NCBI GenBank assembly: GCA_002633005.1 | Contig: NMRA01000009.1 | Location: 1,396,761 to 1,460,760, forward strand | From: Phoronis australis | Lineage: Eukaryota; Animalia; Phoronida | Reading direction: 5' to 3' | DNA length: 64,000 nt | Shown: positions 37,997 to 50,229 of the stretch, in pieces | Layout: every line of letters starts with the position of its first letter | Position numbering within the stretch: position 1 is the first letter of the stretch | Translations under genes and position numbers: made by a program | The notes under the pieces: generated by a model | Databases searched by the model: none | What the model was told of the DNA's origin: nothing | The model's input: the letters and a program-made list of their open reading frames with translations, nothing else

Positions 37997-38268
37997 GCTA
38001 GGCAATGACCATCGCCGCTGTTGGCCCGAACCAGAGGCGATGCAGCTCCTATAGGCGCTCTGTACGCCGGAAGCTTTTCGGCGAATTAAACACATCGACA
38101 ACCTCCTAAGGTGTTCCTCTATGCGCAAAAGGTATTTATAACAACGTGACTTTGATGGTTTAGTCGGTGCGAGTCATAATTCGCCGAAAAGCTTCTGGCG
38201 TACAAAGCGCCTATAGGAGCTGCATCGCCTCTGGTTCGGGCCAACAGAGGCGATGGTCATTGCCTAGC
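37997..38268. mobile_element. Foldback MITE with about 90-bp near-perfect TIRs
   Basis: ttaa|gctaggcaatgaccatcgcc...cggcgaatta mirrored by taattcgccg...ggcgatggtcattgcctagc|ataa. Confidence 0.9.
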
Positions 38269-39490
38269 ATAAACTTGAGTTGTTGCTTAACCTGAATTTG
38301 AATTTTTGGTATCCGTAAAAATCTTGCAGAGTTTTGGTCATCGGTACCTTGTATTAAATTAAAATCAAATTTTAACATATAATAATGCCACATATACTTT
38401 TATTTTCAATGAATAATTTTTGAAAAATAGATAGACCGCGAAAAAGTCAGCTTTCAGAGCGACAATCCTGAAGACCGTATTCCTCTTCTTTCGGGAATCG
38501 CCACCGGGAGCTGGGAATTCATAAGAATTTCCTTTGGAATTCCACCAGAATAAATACCAGGCCTTTAAAACTGCTGTATTGTGTAGAAAATATGTGGTCA
38601 ATCATTCACTTTTTAGCTTTTGCGCTTATCTGAATGACTTACATCCGCCAACGAACGCGGTGCTTCCTTGTTTGGACGTTTCGCCTGAGTGCAGACGATC
38701 AGTAGTATCACGTGACAACGGCACGTTCAGAGAATCGAAAGGATTTGGCTGCGGGCGTCATCTGTGCACGCTGCATCACACTCGTTCTATTTTCCTTTCG
38801 GTGCTCATTCGAAAACGGGAGTTTCTTTGACGGCCACAGGGACTTTTTCGACGGTTTTTAGGCTTGTGTCGGGATTCGTTACTTTGGAGCAAATGTCGAG
38901 CACACAATCTTAGGATCTACTTGCCTATGCAGCCAGATTTTTAACTTGCCCATCGGGCAAGTACTTTTCAAATTCCAATTGCCCGACGCAAAATCTACAT
39001 GTACACGGGCAATCGGGCAACCGTTAGTGTTGAGCCCTGTTGGTGTGCAGTTAACACTAATGGAACAGACCTGATTTTCCTGGAGCTTGTTGGCAAAATG
39101 TGATCTTGGAGCATATGTACATATATACCTGTTGAAAGGAAAAGTCAGCTTGACTGTTAGCTGTTAATGACTTCACCATATGCATGAATACCATCATTAA
39201 GTTACCAGAGTCCATTCAGACTGTGTAGTATCTATGTTCATGTTAGTTTCATGCTGCACTGCAAAACTCGCATCAGTCTGACAAGCATAAGTCGGCTTTT
39301 CGCTTGACTTGGAGAAATGTCGATGGTACGGTTGTTCTAGCTCGTGCATTTGGTCAGATTTTGGCTTACTCGCATGAACTCTCTCGATTTGATCTGACTT
39401 CTGTAAGTTTTATTTTTCTTCTACTTTTGCATGAGATTTACTGCAATCCAGTTGAAAATTACTTGCTGTGTTGTCACTATCCATTTATAT

Positions 39491-39648
39491 GAAGATGTTC
39501 TCAACATGCTCAAAATTAATAGAAATGTGTTCTCAGCATCTTGAACATCAATTAGAACTTGAACATGTTCAAAATTAATAAGAATGTGTCTTCAACGTGT
39601 TGAACATTAATAAGAATGTGTCCTCAACATCTTGAACATTAATTAGAA
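39491..39648. repeat. Degenerate minisatellite of about 32 bp, about 5 units
   Basis: Variants of taagaatgtgtcYtcaacatcttgaacattaa. Confidence 0.8.
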
Positions 39649-39928
39649 AAGGTCAAAGTCAACCTCAGAGTGTTAGTCAGTTAATAAGAGGGTTAAATGG
39701 TTTCAGACTGAAGCCAGGTTGATTTCACTAGATTCACGATGGTAAGCCAAAGACCTGCCATCTGTGAAGATAATTTTGGCCGTTTTTAGGACAAACGTCT
39801 CTAGGTTGTATACTCCATACACTTTAATTCTCCTTTTGTCTCATGAAAGTTGTGCAGCTGTTTTTGTTTGTGCTTTAATTCTACAACCTCAATCTGCAGT
39901 ATTAATAGTGTCTTTGCGTTTTGGTATA

Positions 39929-40256
39929 TGGTAAAAATTCTCCAGTTTAGCTGACTCTAGAATTGAGCACACCAAAATCTAAGCCAAAATTTAATTTTTT
40001 GGATCCTGAGATTGAGGCATACGTGATTTTGGTGTTCATCGTATTTCTCAAATATCAGACATTACGTTTTGTATCAACGAGGTCTGAAAATAAACTTGGC
40101 TGCTGAGGTAACATTTTCATTTGGCAATATCTTGGTCAATGACCGTTTGTCATTGATTGACATCCAGTATGGCTTATTTTAAGAATTTGGTACAAGTTTC
40201 GACTCTTAGCAAACTCATTTATTTTGCAATGTCTAAACCTGGAGATATATCAATGG
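39929..40256 (-). mobile_element. MITE family P copy
   Basis: ta|tggtaaaaattctccagtttag...; colinear with 30215-30569 and inverse of 59907-60813. Confidence 0.65.
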
Positions 40257-40510
40257 TAATGACTTAGTGTCTTGTTAGTATGGTAACATCATTTTATGAA
40301 TATTGCTTTTGATTTGTGTTTGTTTCTAATTTCGCTCATCTTAAGTAACGAGAGTACTTCTTAAGAAGCGATTTGAATTTACCTTGGTTACTTTTGAGTT
40401 CAAATGCATTACTTTTTAAAAAATATTTTGTGCAACAATTAATCAAACTGTGCTCTCAGGTACCTGGGGCCTAAATGTGGTTAACAGAGTTCAGTATCTC
40501 GGAGAGTATA

Positions 40511-40590
40511 CCATATTCGCCCTAATAATCGCCCAGAGTACTTAGAAAATATCATTTCAGAGACATAGGCGTTTATTAGGGTGAATATGG
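40511..40590. mobile_element. 80-bp Tc1/mariner-type hairpin MITE with TA TSD
   Basis: ta|ccatattcgccctaataatcgcc ... ggcgtttattagggtgaatatgg|ta. Confidence 0.85.
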
Positions 40591-41080
40591 TAAGTGGGAT
40601 GTTCACAACTGCGCAGTATAACAGAGCAGTATAGTCGTCAGGGGAATTGTAGGCAATTTACTCTAACCAATTTCAGTTCAAACAAAAGTATGAGAACACT
40701 GACATTGGTTTAGAATAGCAAATATGCCTGTGAAGAAGTGTTTTTAACATCAGACCATAGTTTATAGTTGGTTTAAATGTGTTTGGAGAAGGTGTGAGAC
40801 CCAGTGGAAGTCATTGAGTGCTGCAAGCACAATTCATCACATTATGGTTGCCAAGAAAAACTTGATTTTGTCAACAAAATTATATTCATATTCACAAGAT
40901 TTCGTTTCACTTTTTGCATGTCAAGTAACCTGTGGTAAAAGTATTTCTGGCATCACAACAAACCTTAGCCTCGTTCCGAACTCCAGTGCACACTCGGCTT
41001 TGTGGAGCTTGACGGTTTTGACTTTCTTATTTGGAAAAGTCAAATGAGTTGATTTATGCGATAGTTGCTGTTACTTATAT

Positions 41081-41338
41081 ATCAATGGATTCCCAATTTG
41101 GGACAGTGAAAAATTGATTATTTTGTTCAAGGTCGGAACTTGTCTCAAATTCAAGAATCATCAGAAAGATGTAAAATTACCAACTATGTGGATTGAAAAC
41201 ACCTTGTCCAAAATTTAAGAAATATGACGAACACCAAAATCTCACTTGTCCCAAACTCCAGAATGAAGAAATTTCAAGTTTTGTAGAATTTACGTGTACT
41301 AAGTTAGAGACTATCCCAAATAGGAGAATTGTTACTGG
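41081..41338 (+). mobile_element. MITE family P copy, internally deleted
   Basis: gggacagtgaaaaat...tcaaggtcggaacttgt and cccaaataggagaatt match the 59907-60813 copy. Confidence 0.65.
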
Positions 41339-41940
41339 TTCACTGTAAAAGAAAGTATGGCTACTTTCGAATTTAGAAAAGGGCAACAAGTACAAAAAAA
41401 TGGTGTTTGCTATGTTGTCTTGTAAATAATACATTATTCTAAGAACCCTATAAGTGGTAGAATATGAACACAAGTGAACAGTCTGTAGGACAAGTTTTGA
41501 ATCATTTAACAACAGCGCAGTATACACAGAGAGTGAGACAGTCATCAGCAGGGGAAATAATCATTGCGATTTGATGTCCTTATGGGGAGGCACCAGCTGT
41601 CGTCGCTAAGATACTCAAGGTCCTTTTTATTGCCAATCACGAGCTAGAATAGATTGGAGCCATCTAGTCTCTAGGCACAAGTCTAAGTGAATCTTTAAAA
41701 CAGAAATGAATGATTTGGTAATTATTTTTATTCAGAGTTGAAGAACATTAATCAACGCATGCATTATTGATAGCTTGAGGGAGTGAAGTAATGCTCACGT
41801 CTTGTGCAACTGTATAGTTACCTGTATTCCTGGAGGTGCTCTTTCCAGGTATGAGTTGGTGGAGGCTGGTGAATAGGTACTAAAGACTATACCAAGAGTT
41901 GAATTCCAAAATTATGCTTCCCAACTCAAGCATAACCATT

Positions 41941-44142
41941 TTTATGTGCCCACATCATTATTATGTGGATGCATATTGCTGTCATCTCTGTCTGGTCATC
42001 AGCATCTGCGGCTGTATCTCCTAAACCTCTTGCAGGATCTTATTGAAAGTTGACAGGTGTGTTCCTATGACTATAGAGGACGATGAGTTTTGGACTGACC
42101 TGATTACCAGTGTGTGCCCCCCTAGTGGCAATTTTAGTTTTTTAAGTTTGCATCTTTCTTAGGAGTTCCTTGATGGATTTTCATGAAATTTGGCAAATAG
42201 GTTTTTAATATGTGTTGCTGATGAGAAGGCCATTTTGGACGGGTCCAACCACTGTGTTGCCTCCTAGTGGCAATTTTGTTTTTGTGTGTTGCGTCCTATT
42301 GGCAATTTTGTTTTTTTTGCGTCTGCACCCAAATCTCCTTAACCCTTTGAGGGTCATAATGAGATTTAAGAGATCTGTTCCTATAAAGCTGCCGACAGAT
42401 GACCACGAGTTTCGGACTGATTCGAATGCTGCTCTGTCCCCTAGTGGCAATTTTAGTTTTTTACGTTAGCCTCTATATCTTTGGAGTTCCTTGATGGATT
42501 TGTATGAAATTTAACAGATACATTTCTACGATGATGCCTTCCTGTTTTCGGACAGATTTGGTGTATTCTGCACCACCTGGTGGCAATTTTGCATATTTGA
42601 AATCCACCTTCTTGTCTGCCAATGTTTTTAAAGCATCATATTATGAAAATTGACATAATTGCATTTCTGATGAGAAGACCACGGCTGGCATTGATTTTTG
42701 GATACATTCGACTTCTGTGCCCTCTATGGCTATATCTCTTTAACTCCAAGGATGATTTTGAAAATTGGCGTTGATGTTTCTACTGTGAAAAGGACGGCTG
42801 ATGATGATTTTCGGACGACTTGGACTACTGTGGCACCTCCTAGTGTTATTTTTTTGCATCAATGGCTTTATCTCCCAAACCCTCTGCAGGATCATTATTA
42901 TATTTGGCAAGTGTATTATATGAAGTTGACAACGGACAACGACAACATTTTGACAGATCCGACTACTGGTGTGCCTCCCTAATGGCAATTTTATTTTTTT
43001 TCCGTCTATGGTTGTATCTCCTTTACCCATGTGACCAAAAAGGTATTTTACAAAAATGTTATGTCCAATAATTACCTCCAGGATGAACACGCCATTATGA
43101 AAATCATTAAGGATAATGTTAAAGTTTGTAAGCCCGATAATTACCTCGATTTTATTATTATGCGCCAACATATTTATATTTAATTTCCACTTGAGAATGA
43201 AACAGGTATGTTTCAAAATATCATGTGTCTTTTAATCATGTCTCTTAGTCAGTTGCTTTACCGATGTTCTGTTGAGTGTCGAACTGTGTTCCGAGGATAT
43301 GAATGTCATGGAATAAAGATTATTAATAACGACAAGTGTCATGTATTCAACCAATTCGGCATATCGGAAAGCTTGCTCCCGAAATACAGCCTTTACCCTT
43401 TGCAAGATCTTTGTGAAATTTAGCACATGTGTTCCTATGGAGATGGCAATGGGTGACGGCGAGTTTCAGACCGATCCAACTACAGCTGTGCTTCTTAGTG
43501 GCAATTTTATTTTTTACTTTTGCCTCTGTAACTTCAGAGTTCCTTGATGGTTTTTCATGAAATTTGGAAAAATGTTTCTATTAGGAAGGTGACAGCATCT
43601 CTTTGTGATGGATTCGATGTATTCTGCACCTTTTAAAATTATTTTTAGTCTGTTTTTTGTCGTCTGCTTCTGTATCTGTCAAACTGCACACAGGATCATT
43701 ATGAAATTGGCAGATGTGTTTCTACTGACAAGAGCATGACTGACGTTGATTTTCAAAGGGGTCCATGTACTGTGGTGCCCACTAGTGACATTTCTTTTGC
43801 ATCTACGGCTGTATCGCCTTAACCCTTACAAGATGTTTTTGAAATTTTGTAATAATTGTATTCCTGCTAACTTGTCATCAAATGGATGGATTCAACTACC
43901 GCTGTGGTTCCTAGTGGCAGTTTTTTATATATGCCCTTTTTGTATCTTTGGAGTTCTTTCACGGATTTTCATGAACTTTGGCAAATAGTTAGGAGAGACG
44001 ACACCTTCCTATTTTTGGATGGGTTCAATATATTCTGTGCCATCTAATGGCCATTTTTTCTGATACAAATAAACACTCCTAGAAGCAACACAGTTTGCAG
44101 TGCAGTCATGGACGCATTTCAATGTTCCACGTTACTCTTGTT
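41941..44142 (+). mobile_element. Long (about 2.2 kb) Helentron/DINE-1-like element with about 12 internal tandem units
   Basis: 5' atgtgcccacat...atgtggatgcat hairpin, 3' tggacgcatttcaatgttccacgttactcttgtt, repeated atgaaatttggca...cctagtggcaatttt units. Confidence 0.88.
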
Positions 44143-44360
44143 TCCTAAGGGAGACATCACCTGAAACTACCGGATAGTGAAGCCAAATTACCCACCTGCA
44201 AAACCAAATTATTCTCTCGAACAACACCTGAATCAAATTACCTACCTAGAAAGGATAAATGAAAGGGTACAATTTACCCACCTTGACTGCATGTCCCTGT
44301 CAACCCTTCACATGGTAGACTCCTCGCTGCCCTGGTCTTATTCGGAACTTTACAGTATAT

Positions 44361-44798
44361 AGTTGCATTTACATGGAGAGACAGCTGTCACGGAGCAACT
44401 AACAGGGAACAGCTGATGTGGTGCAAGTGTGTGACACTGACACGGTGCAAGTTGACACCGTGGCGGCCTTTTTTGACACCAGTTTGAGAGGTAAGAGCGA
44501 GTTGCACTCAATCAGTTGCTCCAGTTTCAACTACACGTCTAAACACAACTGGGGCAGGGCGGAAAGAAATCGTCTTTCAATGTGCTTGTGCAATGGCGTG
44601 TATAGGTGATCCGATGGTATTCCACGTGGTTGGATGTTTGCTATTGTTTATGCAAGCATGCACCGACAGTCTTCGTGTAAGTGATTCATGTTGATCCAGT
44701 TTGCGATCTAATACGGTGTAAATGCAACTAAAGTAGAGCAAGTCGCGCAGTGACAACTGACACAGTGACAACTGTCTCGCGTGCATGTACAAGCAGCT
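44361..44798 (+). mobile_element. PIF/Harbinger-like MITE, family H2
   Basis: tat|agttgcatttacatg ... catgtacaagcagct|tat, consistent with a 3-bp TSD. Confidence 0.78.
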
Positions 44799-44970
44799 TA
44801 TGTTGTATATTGTGGTGAATGTTAGTGGATGAGTCGTTGTCATGACAGTTGTTGTATGGCATGGAACTGAGGGTTCCGCATAGCACAACAATGAGGGCCT
44901 CACTTGTATCAACTAGGTTTGAATTCCAAACTCTCTCTGTCTCTGTTTCTTCACGCCGTGTCTGTTTCAG

Positions 44971-45378
44971 TGTAAGTGCATGTTGGGGGAGAGTCACCGC
45001 AGTCAGTGTCAGTCAAAGATTTTCATGTACAGCAGTGTAGTAGATGAGGCTGTCCTCTCTTAAGCATATATGAAATCGAATTAAAGATTGTTCTGGAAAA
45101 CTGATACACTTGCCAGTATGGCTGTCCTGCTGTGCCTGACATTTCTGATCAGGTGGTTTTGATGGCACTGTGCAACTGCAGTGAAGGTCATGACCCACAT
45201 TGGAGAACTGTAGCATACACCAGTAGGCAATTACTATCTGCTTGTAATATCATAATCACATGTTTCATGGGGAACTGTTGTAAAGCAGATATTATTTAGA
45301 ACTCCAGGTGTCATCATCATCATCATCATTCTGACCAGCTTATAGAGTGTTTACTTCATCAGTTTGTAACAAGCCCAG
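44971..45378 (+). other. Candidate non-coding exon
   Basis: Long pyrimidine tract ending tctgtttcag| and donor CAG|GTAAGA at 45379; stops in all frames. Confidence 0.3.
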
Positions 45379-46725
45379 GTAAGACTTTGTGTTCAGTTTG
45401 TGATTCATTCTGAGTGAATATGGCAGACCTGGCTGTACATTGTCCTCTGTCCAGGGTGGCAATGCTTCAGCTCACTATATTATGCATCATTTATTAGTAT
45501 GAGAAATATATGTGTGTGCGTGTGTGTGAGAGTGAGGTGACCTGTTACATAGACATTCATATGACCTGCCGTGTCTTCTCTGCTGAATATGTACTAGTAC
45601 CATATATTCCTTTTTGAAAACATTTGTAGAGTCTGTAAATATTATTAGACACCTGCAGTAGGTGGTAAAAATTTAAGTGGTCCAAGAAAGTAGGTATCGT
45701 CTGGTACAGTTCATATATGGGTAGTTTTTTGAAAGTACAATAAAACAGAAGGTGCGCACTCTAATTGTCCTTGAATGCATGGTGTTGGTTTTTCTGTTTT
45801 CACTCATTGTGGGAAAAAAATGGTACTACACATTTAAATTTGTTAAAGGATTAAAAACAACTTTTCACTTGTCTGCCACATTATGTCATCAATTTTACAT
45901 TTTACCATTCTTATATCTATTGAAATTACCCTAAGATAACCGTGAAAGAAAACTTCTGATTTTTTATTCCCTTGTAGTTCAATTTTCACAACTTACCAAA
46001 ATTGAATTCAGAGTGACACACCTATAAACTCAATATCAGTCTCAGTTTGCTTAAATGCTTCAAGTGACCTAAAAAATAACAGCCTCTGGCAAACACTGGG
46101 CCTGCTATCACTCTGAGAACAGTCGTGTTGCTTGTTTCTCAGGAGTTGTTATTTGGTTTGGTATTACCCATGGCCTTTTAGGGAACTCGGTGATGCTTCA
46201 TGTCAACTGGTTCCATTTCATTCGTTTCTTTAACTATGTCATCAAAGCTAGGCACTTCATTTAACACAAGGTCAGTAATAAGTCTAGTGCAATGTTCTAC
46301 ATACATGTGTTCAATCTTGGTGCTATGCTTTGTTTAAAAAGTTCTGCGTCATGTTTTAAAAGCTCTGAGCCACGTAAGACCGATTTTTTCTGCTGAGACA
46401 AATGTGGAAAAAATTGTACACTTGATATTTAACAGCTTTTAATTTTTTCCATAAATTGACGGAAAGGAAGGTTGGAATACCAAAACAGGATAAACATTTT
46501 GAGCAGTTAATGGCCGGGAGATCTCTGAATGTGATGTCTGTATTGGCTGTTATCTCTAGTTTAAAGACAGAGAGTTACTGCTACATGACTGTAGCTAACA
46601 AGTTTTTTGGTCTTCAACATGAAATGGACATTTTAGATTATGGTAATTTTAGTGTTTACAGTGAATTCTTGCTTCAACTTTGTTGTTTCCAAATCACGGT
46701 TGGTTAATTTTTTTGCTTTTTGAAA

Positions 46726-46801
46726 ACCTTTATTCATCCACAGCCCTAGCTAGCTGTGTATAACCTTTATTCATCCATATGCCGATTAAGCTGTGTATAA
46801 C
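46726..46801. repeat. Imperfect tandem duplication of about 37 bp
   Basis: aacctttattcatcca...agctgtgtat twice. Confidence 0.75.
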
Positions 46802-46847
46802 TAAATGTCAAAACAGTTGAACACCACAGTTACCATAGCAAATGTCA

Positions 46848-46963
46848 CTTCCTCCATCCCTCCTCCCTCTCTCCCTCCCTCTATCCCTCCCTCTCCCTCC
46901 CTCCACTCCTCCCCCTCCCCCTTCTTTCCCCTCCCCTCCTTGCGTGCCTGGCTGGCTCCCTCC
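46848..46963. repeat. (CCCT)n-like polypyrimidine tract running into the gap
   Basis: Read directly. Confidence 0.9.
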
Positions 46964-47430
46964 NNNNNNNNNNNNNNNNNNNNNNNNNNNNNNNNNNNNN
47001 NNNNNNNNNNNNNNNNNNNNNNNNNNNNNNNNNNNNNNNNNNNNNNNNNNNNNNNNNNNNNNNNNNNNNNNNNNNNNNNNNNNNNNNNNNNNNNNNNNNN
47101 NNNNNNNNNNNNNNNNNNNNNNNNNNNNNNNNNNNNNNNNNNNNNNNNNNNNNNNNNNNNNNNNNNNNNNNNNNNNNNNNNNNNNNNNNNNNNNNNNNNN
47201 NNNNNNNNNNNNNNNNNNNNNNNNNNNNNNNNNNNNNNNNNNNNNNNNNNNNNNNNNNNNNNNNNNNNNNNNNNNNNNNNNNNNNNNNNNNNNNNNNNNN
47301 NNNNNNNNNNNNNNNNNNNNNNNNNNNNNNNNNNNNNNNNNNNNNNNNNNNNNNNNNNNNNNNNNNNNNNNNNNNNNNNNNNNNNNNNNNNNNNNNNNNN
47401 NNNNNNNNNNNNNNNNNNNNNNNNNNNNNN
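46964..47430. other. Assembly gap (N run)
   Basis: 467 Ns. Confidence 1.
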
Positions 47431-47600
47431 TTAATTGCATGCACTGCACTTGATTAACTTTGCCGGTTGCACCGGGTCAACTGGCTAAGGCATCTGATTG
47501 GACAGTAAGCCGGAAGTCGTCTTTGAGAACCAATCAGATGTCTTATCCGCTTGACAAGGTGTAACTTGTGAAGTCAATCAAGTGCAGTCAATGCAATTAA
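47431..47600. repeat. Imperfect palindrome / foldback element, left end lost in the gap
   Basis: ttaattgcat.cactgcacttgatt.actt...taaggcatctgattgg versus ccaatcagatgtctta...aagtcaatcaagtgcagtcaatgcaattaa. Confidence 0.8.
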
Positions 47601-49186
47601 GTCACTATAGTTACACTATGATGATTAATAGGTGTTGTTCTAAATGTTACATGTTTGGTAATATCCAGGCAGCAATTGTGTACTTTTTTTAAAATAAAAA
47701 ATGACATGCCCATGGCAATGACAAGCAAGAAATATCATCTTATCACAAAATCTGGTTAGTAGATTATGGATTAAAGTTTTTGTATTCTTTGATTGTTACG
47801 ATCAAATCGTTTGTAGTCCCGGGGGCCATTTTATCAAAGGTCACATGGCTGATCATATGTAAGAGGATTGTAAGCACGTTTTTATGATGGCGACTGCATC
47901 ATTGTTACTGAGATGTAATGGTTACTATTGTTAACAGTCAAGGGTTATGTACACTCGCCCATGTTATGAGTTATGTTATGAGTTATTTGTCAATGAAAAT
48001 TTAAGATACCACTGCCTAGTCTTAGACCAAGCTTATGACTTTTGAAAAAATGTAATCCTAGTTATTACCGGTATATAGAAATCGTGTTTTTTAGATAACA
48101 GATACAATACAGTCGGATAGTCTGTTTTTATTTTTGGTTAATTTGTTATTTTAGGCAAGGTCTGGCTTGTCATTCAAGAACACATATTGATTATAGTATA
48201 CAGTTTAGGTGACAAATAGAATTTTGTAGTCATAGGATATCTTTCAGACAGCATTTAAATTTGAAATAAACCTATGAATCCTGTGCCTCCTGTCAACAAA
48301 CAACTTTTGATTTAGTCCTCTCCCCCTGTCCCGCCCCCGCCCGTATGATCTTGTACCTAAATGGCATTACAAATATTCTGTATGTTTAAGACGAACTTAC
48401 TGTCCAGGCCAGGCTCAATTCATATCAGCCAGATAAGGAGTATAGACAGAAGGAGTATGAAGGGCAGGACATTTCTAGATGTCTTGTTAGCAATTAAAGA
48501 CTGCTAGACGTGATGATTTGTGAAGAAAATGATTTTTCTGCCATAACATGGTTGCATGTGAAGTAAATCATTCGCTTTTCAAATTTTGTAAGTTTTGCTC
48601 AAAATTTAGGGTTCACATTGGGTTTTGGAGAACTGGCTATTTCAAATATTAGAAATAACATAGAAAATAAATCCGAAATTGGTGCAGCTGGTGGCAAATT
48701 TCTGTCGTCATGGATATTTTGTGACATTAACTTTTTTACTTGAATTATTTCAATATTCTGCTAGACAGCAATGATTATTTAGCAGGAGAACTCAATCAAA
48801 TTGTGAACTGTAGGTAGAGCTGAAATTGTTTGCTTCAAATTCACTGTCAATTTAAGTGACACAACTTATATGCTATCACCACACAGAAGAGTTAAATGGA
48901 AGATATTTGTAACAATAATCTGTTTTTCATTTGTGCACCAAAATGACCGCTAAAGGAGCAGTCTTTATTTTTCAAAGGGTGCTTACATTATTGAAGAATT
49001 TAACCAACTGTACTCATTCGCGTTACTGCCTAAGGCCTAGCGGCTTAAACTGGGGAACTCAACAACAGTGGAGTTTAAGTGGAACATGAGCGCTTAAAAA
49101 ATCTGAATTATTCGGAAGTCAGGGGTTGGCTCATACCCAAACAGTTGACTGGGTTGATGCCATGGGAGGTAGTACAAAGAGGTTGG

Positions 49187-49700
49187 ACTTTATGTGCAAG
49201 AGTTGCAGAAAAATGTCCATATTTGGCCAACTTTGAAACATCACATCTCATAAATGGCTGATCAGATTCATATCAAACTTTCAGATACTATGGTTTATTC
49301 ACTCAGATTACCAATAAAATGTTAACAATATATTTAAAATGCTTCTAATTTGCATGAGAGGCTATCAAAAATAGGACTTTTATGATTTTCATGAGTTACA
49401 TAAGAGAATAATTTGGAAAACTGTAGCAGCATTTCTGAGATTTTATCTTGAATATTTATGTCAACTGAAATTTAGCCCTGTTACTGTTGTTTTCCAAGGA
49501 ATTGTACCTTCCTTTTTGTTATAAAAAAGATATGGTCACATGATCCAATTAATCACAAGATTATTAAAATGTCAAAAATCAAATTGTACAGGCTTTCCAC
49601 TAAATTTAGAAAGTTTATACTTTTACTGAGTTAAAATAAAATATATAGTTACGTAGGTATTTGACAAAATACACAGACATGTTGATAAATTCTCACATAA
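49187..49700 (+). mobile_element. Family K (Kolobok-like) near-complete copy
   Basis: aaaatgtccatatttggccaactttgaaac ... gttgataaattctcacataa. Confidence 0.75.
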
Positions 49701-50229
49701 GGTACGTCCCTGTTATACTAACGTCGATGTGTCGATGTTTTGGGGACTATGAACGGTTAACTTCAGTCCTTGATCAAAGTTAATAGTGTCAGCTAACTTC
49801 GCAGTAAATTGGTGGATTTAACAGCGGAGCATTGACGCTGTGGTGCAGTATGCATGGTCAACTTCCATCCCATCGAAGTTATCGCCAGGGCCCACTGATA
49901 TTGCCAGGGGCCACTGTTATCGACAACAATTAAAGGGCATTGTCGTCGCTGCTAACAGTTTCTTATATTTTGCTCAAATAAGCACCAATCGAATTAGAAA
50001 TAAGTTTTATGTCAATTAACAATGTAAATGTTCCCAAATTGTCACATAAAAAAATTGTGGCATGCACGCAATGCATGCAGTGCTACCTTGCGATTACTTT
50101 GATGACAACAGCATGAATCATTTACTTCGAAGTTCGTTAACTACCGAAGCTGGTATGAACGTTTTAGTTAACTTCCTAGTTTACATCAATGCTACACTCA
50201 GACCGGAGTTGAGTCACTATGAAAGGGCC
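49701..50229 (-). mobile_element. Family H1 MITE, inverted, inserted into the family K terminus
   Basis: Reverse complement of 23575-24071; ends tatgaaagggcc. Confidence 0.85.

Larger units (their letters stand above)
36479..39039 (-). mobile_element. hAT5-like DNA transposon with a perfect 5-bp TSD (ttggt), hosting nested elements
   Basis: ttggt|cagggctcaacattaac ... gttagtgttgagccctg|ttggt; cttgccc/gggcaa subterminal repeats; AFVGGCKSFR zinc-finger remnant on the - strand at about 38626-38670. Confidence 0.92.

Noticed and set aside
45267-45378. MGNCC (myristoylation/palmitoylation-like) start followed by a His6 run in the same frame
   Set aside because: An in-frame TAG at 45297 separates them and the His run is a (CAT)n microsatellite; there is no evidence for readthrough.
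46805-47453. Long ORFs of 187-213 aa
   Set aside because: They are artefacts of the N gap and the CCCT tract.
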